Of a DNA stretch of 64,000 nt, positions 59,273 to 64,000 are shown one piece after another (position 1 is the stretch's first letter; every line of letters starts with the position of its first letter). A model generated the notes under the pieces. That model was not told where the DNA came from. It saw only the letters and a list, made by a program, of their open reading frames with translations, and did not search any database. The stretch is from an uncultured Nitrososphaerota archaeon (GTDB lineage Archaea; Thermoproteota; Nitrososphaeria; Nitrososphaerales; Nitrosopumilaceae), in the NCBI GenBank assembly GCA_963701075.1, contig OY969559.1:1-64000 (forward strand), in the 5' to 3' direction. The translations under genes were made by a program, and so were the position numbers.

Positions 59273-59689
59273 TTACCAAATGTTTTTCCTTCCTGCTTGA
59301 TTCAAAGCATAGGCAAAAGCCGCAAACATTATCCCAAGAAAAGCAATAATTGGAAGAGTTGCCGTTTTTGGCAACCCAATAAGACTACTGCCCCATGCAT
59401 ATAGAAAAATCGACATCACGTCAAAGACAACAAACATCAAGACATAGGAATAATATTGCATCATGAAATGTGTACGTCCTTCTTCTTTTGGAACTTGACC
59501 GGATTCCATAGGAAGGAACTTCACTGGACTGCTAGTTTTTCTAGGCGCAATCATTCGAGAAAGAATCAAAGCTGGTCCTGTTGCTACAACTGCAAATCCA
59601 AACATTAGTAGAACTGGACTAAAACTACTCGCAACTTCTCCTACCAAAGTAGCTAACAAGCCAATCGGAGAGTATAAAAAGCTATGCAC
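59273..59689 (-). CDS. nuoA: Complex I subunit A (start uncertain)
   Basis: PMESG, QYY..LMFVVFDV and YAW. Confidence 0.92.
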   Translation of the reverse strand: MHSFLYSPIGLLATLVGEVASSFSPVLLMFGFAVVATGPALILSRMIAPRKTSSPVKFLPMESGQVPKEEGRTHFMMQYYSYVLMFVVFDVMSIFLYAWGSSLIGLPKTATLPIIAFLGIMFAAFAYALNQAGRKNIW

Positions 59690-59851
59690 ATTCTGCGATC
59701 ATTATTTTAATTTGAGAGGAATTTTTCATCGATTTTTTATAAATTAATCAATAATCTCTATTAATTAATTGGATAAAAATTTCTAAAAAAATTAAGCATG
59801 CATATGAATTCTTGAAGATGATTGATATATGACCATGGTCGAATTCTTTTC

Positions 59852-60322
59852 ATGGTAAACGTTGGAGACAAAGCACCATCTTTTACCTTGGTAGACACAA
59901 ACCTTAAGATGCAAAATCTAGACGACTTTAAAGGAAAGAAAGTAGTTCTTTCATTTTTTGTTGCTGCAAGTTCTCCTGTATGCACCAAAGAAATGTGTAC
60001 TTTCAGAGACAGTTGGGATGAGATCTCAAAACTTGGCGCCCAAGTAATTGGCATAAGCAATGATGGACCGTTTGCCAATAAGGCATTTGCAGAAATACAT
60101 CATCTCAATTTTCCTGTGCTTGGAGATTACAAAAGCCAAACTATCCGAGACTATGGAATACTAATGCCTGATTTGTTACATGTCAAAGGATACGATGCAG
60201 CTAAGCGATCTGTCTTTATTGTAGACGAGAAAGGGAATATTGTGTACAAGTGGGTTTCTGACAATCCCTTGATAGAACCAAACTACCAAGAAATAATTGA
60301 CTTCCTAAAGAAAGGAAAATAA
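59852..60322 (+). CDS. Peroxiredoxin (BCP/PrxQ-like)
   Basis: VGDKAPSF, SPVCTKEMC and KRSVFIVD. Confidence 0.9.
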   Translation: MVNVGDKAPSFTLVDTNLKMQNLDDFKGKKVVLSFFVAASSPVCTKEMCTFRDSWDEISKLGAQVIGISNDGPFANKAFAEIHHLNFPVLGDYKSQTIRDYGILMPDLLHVKGYDAAKRSVFIVDEKGNIVYKWVSDNPLIEPNYQEIIDFLKKGK

Positions 60323-60360
60323 TTTTTCCTTAATTTTATTTTCGGATTTTTAACAATACA

Positions 60361-60873
60361 TTATTCTATTTCTGCAAGAACATCATTTTTTGCAACTGAT
60401 GCCCCTTGTTTTATTTTTAGAGATTTTACCACACCATCCTTGTGTGATTTAATTGAAACCTGCATCTTCATGGACTCTAAAACGCACACTACATCACCTT
60501 TCTTTACATTGTCACCTTGAGATACATTTATCGAAACAACCCTTCCAGGAATTTGGCTTTTCAAACTCACTTGTGAATCAGTAGCAGACTCTATACCAGA
60601 ATTTTTGTAAACGACCTTGTCTAAATCTGGATGTTTGTTAAAGGTTAGTTTGACTCCGTCTACCACCACCGTAATCTTTGATGTACTGTTTTCCAAGTAT
60701 TTTGTAATATGAAATGAATTATCTAGCATGAATTCAATTTTATCATGACCCATGTTTAGGATCTTTAGGTTGCGTTCATTATTTCCGAGTTTTATAACAA
60801 ATTCGTTATTTCCAAGCGACTTTACTATTGCGCCCTCTAGAGTTTCACCAGTATTTTCAAGTTTGAATTTCAT
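60361..60873 (-). CDS. accB: Biotin carboxyl carrier subunit of acetyl/propionyl-CoA carboxylase
   Basis: ESMKM biotinylation motif. Confidence 0.92.
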   Translation of the reverse strand: MKFKLENTGETLEGAIVKSLGNNEFVIKLGNNERNLKILNMGHDKIEFMLDNSFHITKYLENSTSKITVVVDGVKLTFNKHPDLDKVVYKNSGIESATDSQVSLKSQIPGRVVSINVSQGDNVKKGDVVCVLESMKMQVSIKSHKDGVVKSLKIKQGASVAKNDVLAEIE

Positions 60874-60875
60874 CT

Positions 60876-62376
60876 CTAATTCCTATCCAAATGTGTTTTC
60901 CAGTGAGGGCTGTGTTCTTTGTGTGATCTTATCCTATTTTTTAGAAATTCAGAGTGTATTAGTGTAGCGGCTAGGGCAACCTCAGATTTTTGTGACGCTT
61001 CTTTTTTAAGATCATCGCGCAACCTGTCAAGAATCTTGAATCTATCAAGGAAATCAGTTGATAGATCTCCTGAAATGAATTCTTTACTATCAAGTATAGT
61101 CCTATAGAGCGGAATTGCAGTTTCCACTCCCTCTATGTAAAAGTCAGCGAGCGAAGTTTGCATTCTTTGTCTTGCCTCCTCAAAGTTTTGCCCCCATGTG
61201 ATAAGTTTTCCCATCAATGAATCATAATATGGCGAGACAGTGCATCCCGGATATAGGTAAGTATCCACCCTAACTCCCGGACCTGATGGAATGTTGACGT
61301 CGTAAATCCTTCCTGTGGATGGAGCAAAGTCAAGAAATGTGTCTTCTGCATTTATCCTACATTCTATTGCACAGCCATTTACCTTCAGGTCTTTTTGTTT
61401 GAATGGAATTTCTTTTCCATTTGCAATATCAATTTGCAATTTTACAAGATCAAGTCCCGAAACAAACTCGGTTACTGGGTGCTCTACTTGAAGTCTGGCA
61501 TTTATTTCTATGAAATAAAATGTACCGTCATCCAGTCTAAGAAATTCGGCAGTACCTGCATTAAGATAATCTACAGCAACTGCAGCGTTTACAGCTGAGC
61601 TGGCCTATTTCGTCACGTACTTTTTGATCAACCACGGGAGATGGCGACATCTCGATTAATTTCTGATGTCGTCTCTGAATAGAACATTCTCTTTCAAAAA
61701 TATGTACTGCGTTTCCGTGTTTATCTCTAGCTAATTGAAATTCAATATGTCTTATTTTTGGCAGAAACTTTTCAACAAAAAGTGCAGACTTGCCAAAGGC
61801 AGCTTTTGATTCACCTGACGCAAGTTCAAACGCCTGCTTGAGTTCATTGTCATCATGTACAAGTCTAATTCCCCTACCTCCACCACCAAATACTGATTTG
61901 AGCATAACTGGGTATCCTATATCATGTGCTATGTCAAGAGCTTTTTCTACCTCTTCAACAATTCCTGGGCTACCTGGAACGGTTGGCACTTTTGCTTTTA
62001 TCATTGCTGCTTTACACAACATCTTGTCTCCACAAAGCCTCATTGATTTTCCAGAAGGCCCTATGAAGTTGAGCTTCTTTTTTTCACAAAGATCAGCAAA
62101 GTCAGCATTTTCTGAGAGAAACCCATATCCCGGATGAATTGCATCAGCTCCACAACTTAATGCCGTCTCGACTATCTTTTCCATGTTAAGATAACTTTGT
62201 GCTGGAGAGGGAGGACCTATGTGGTATGACTCTGAAGCCATCTTGACATGTTTTGAATTTACATCTTCATCAGAATAGACTGCTACTGATTTTATTCCTA
62301 GAGCGTTACATGTCTTGATTACACGGATGGCAATTTCTCCCCTGTTTGCGATAAGAATTTTTTCTATCATATCCAA
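60876..62376 (-). CDS. accC: Biotin carboxylase subunit; +1 frameshift near 61597
   Basis: ANRGEIA, HPGYGFLSEN, GGGGRG, RECSIQRRHQK, and after the shift AIECRINAED and YYDSLMGK. Confidence 0.95.
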
Positions 62377-62377
62377 G

Positions 62378-63925
62378 TCAGAGATTTATGTTTCCATGTT
62401 TACGTGGAATTCTTCTCTCGCGTTTGTTTGCAAGAGCTTCTAAAGCACGAATGATAACAGGCCTGGTTTCAGCGGGATCAATCACCGTATCAATGGTACC
62501 ATAGGATGCAGCCACATATGGATTTGCAAATTTTTCAGTGAAATTATCAACAAGTTGCTTTTTGAGTGCCACGGGATCCTTTGCAGTCTCAATCTCCTTT
62601 CTATTCATAATTCGTACTGCGGCTTCCGAACCCAATACTGCGATTTGAGCCGTTGGCCATGCATAATTCATATCAGTGCCCAAGTTCTTGCTGCCCATCG
62701 CAATGTAAGCACCTCCATAGGCTTTTCCAATTATAATAGTGATTTTAGGTACGGTCGCTTCACAATATGCATACAAGAGTTTGCTTCCATGTCTGATTAT
62801 ACCGCCATGCTCTTGATGTGTTCCAGGCATGTATCCTGGCGTGTCAACAAGAGTGATAATTGGAATGTTGTAACAATCACAAAGTCTAACAAATCTTGAT
62901 GCCTTGTTTGATGAATCAATATCTAGTGCACCTGCCAACACCATGGGCTGGTTTGCTACAATTCCTACAGTTCTTCCATGCAACCTGCCAAATCCCACAA
63001 CAACGTTTGGAGCAAACAGTTCGTGAATTTCAAAGAACTGGTGATTGTCAACAATTGAGTGTATGATTTCTTTCATGTCATAAGGTTGCAATGCATTCTC
63101 AGGAACTATGTTTATCAAATTATTATCAAGTCTGTTTGGATCATCACCAGTATCTACTACAGGTGGTTCTTCAGTACTGTTTTGAGGCATGTATGACAAT
63201 ATGGATTTGACAATATCCATGCATTGATATTCATTCTTGGCAACGAAATGGGAAACACCGCTAATTTTTCCGTGCGACATTGCACCCCCAAGTTCGTCAA
63301 ATGAGACTTCTTCTCCAAGAACAGTCTTGACTACTTCTGGACCAGTTACAAACATGGTTGCAATCTTGTCTACCATTATAACAAAATCTGTCATGGCAGG
63401 AGAATATACCGCCCCACCAGCAGAGGGGCCTACACTACAAGTAATTTGAGGAACTACACCGGAAGCAAGTTGATTGCGATAGAATATACTGGCAAATCCA
63501 TCGAGACTTAGAATTCCTTCCTGAATTCTAGCACCTCCTGAATCTGCTATTCCAATTATTGGGCACCCTGCACGTATTGCATGTTCCATGATTTTGGTTA
63601 TTTTTTTGGCTCCCATCTCGCTTAATGTTCCACCAAGAACTGTAAAATCATAGGCAAAAAGGAAAACTTTACGACCATTTATTGTTCCATAGCCAGTCAA
63701 TACACCATCTCCAAAGAATTTTTTATTTTGCATGTCAAATTCATGATAATGGTGTGTCGCAAGAGCATCAATCTCTGTGAAACTGCCTTCGTCAAGTAAA
63801 AGATCTACTCTCTCTCTTGCAGTAAGCTTACCTTTTTCATGCTGAGATTGAATTTTTTCTTCTCCGCCACCCTGTTCTGCTTTTCGCTTCTTCTGTAAAA
63901 AATTTTTCAATTTTTCAGAGTGCAT
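62378..63925 (-). CDS. pccB: Carboxyltransferase subunit of acetyl/propionyl-CoA carboxylase (3HP/4HB cycle)
   Basis: GKLTARER, DSGGARIQEG, GKAYGGAY and RKHGNINL. Confidence 0.96.
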   Translation of the reverse strand: MHSEKLKNFLQKKRKAEQGGGEEKIQSQHEKGKLTARERVDLLLDEGSFTEIDALATHHYHEFDMQNKKFFGDGVLTGYGTINGRKVFLFAYDFTVLGGTLSEMGAKKITKIMEHAIRAGCPIIGIADSGGARIQEGILSLDGFASIFYRNQLASGVVPQITCSVGPSAGGAVYSPAMTDFVIMVDKIATMFVTGPEVVKTVLGEEVSFDELGGAMSHGKISGVSHFVAKNEYQCMDIVKSILSYMPQNSTEEPPVVDTGDDPNRLDNNLINIVPENALQPYDMKEIIHSIVDNHQFFEIHELFAPNVVVGFGRLHGRTVGIVANQPMVLAGALDIDSSNKASRFVRLCDCYNIPIITLVDTPGYMPGTHQEHGGIIRHGSKLLYAYCEATVPKITIIIGKAYGGAYIAMGSKNLGTDMNYAWPTAQIAVLGSEAAVRIMNRKEIETAKDPVALKKQLVDNFTEKFANPYVAASYGTIDTVIDPAETRPVIIRALEALANKRERRIPRKHGNINL

Positions 63926-63961
63926 GTTTCGAATTAGAAGCGACTTTCAACCTATATTAAT

Positions 63962-64000
63962 TTACTCAGGTTTGACTTCTCGAATTCCGTCACGGCCACC
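63962..64000 (-). CDS. 3' end of a gene truncated by the window edge
   Basis: Open frame ..GGRDGIREVKPE* ending just upstream of pccB. Confidence 0.45.
   Translation of the reverse strand, partial: GGRDGIREVKPE

Noticed and set aside
49194-59689. Complex I lacking nuoEFG and with nuoM before nuoL
   Set aside because: Standard for thaumarchaeal complex I.
25772-61601. Pseudogenisation or programmed frameshifting of accC, pyrE, GGR, trm5 and others
   Set aside because: Several are essential genes, there are no slippery sites, and all lesions share the AGCT context, which points to sequencing error.

Overview
This window comes from an ammonia-oxidising archaeon (Nitrososphaerota/Thaumarchaeota). 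The gene order suggests a Nitrosotalea-like Nitrosopumilales, which is an inference. Bases 1 to about 8.4 kb look like the right arm of a mobile element integrated at tRNA-Ala(UGC). That arm carries the end of a CRISPR array (six identical 37-bp repeats, no cas genes in view), an AbrB-type DNA-binding protein, a ParM/StbA-like actin, a TopoVI-A-like TOPRIM protein, a membrane/coiled-coil/nuclease-like protein, an archaeal ATPase tightly bracketed by 25-bp direct repeats, and a tyrosine integrase whose frame runs open into the tRNA. The rest is mostly core genome: seven tRNAs (three with introns), 5S rRNA, the amoA-amoX-amoC/amoB cluster with amt, PII and probable amoY/amoZ, rps15 to rps3ae, geranylgeranyl reductase, MoxR/VWA, non-oxidative pentose phosphate genes, ABCE1, TBP, complex I (nuoABCDHIJKMLN) and acetyl/propionyl-CoA carboxylase. 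The most notable observations are these: (i) an identical 26-bp promoter/operator at identical spacing upstream of amt and of a catalytically degenerate Fe-S Cas4-like gene that is divergent from PII; (ii) the direct-repeat-bounded ATPase cassette and a possible actin/AbrB/iteron partition module in the CRISPR-bearing element; (iii) all eight +1 frameshifts fall at or next to AGCT, which looks like a base-calling footprint of DNA methylation; (iv) an AmoA with unusual substitutions; (v) a sensor kinase lacking its phospho-His; (vi) an orphan TnpB 3'/omega-RNA remnant.
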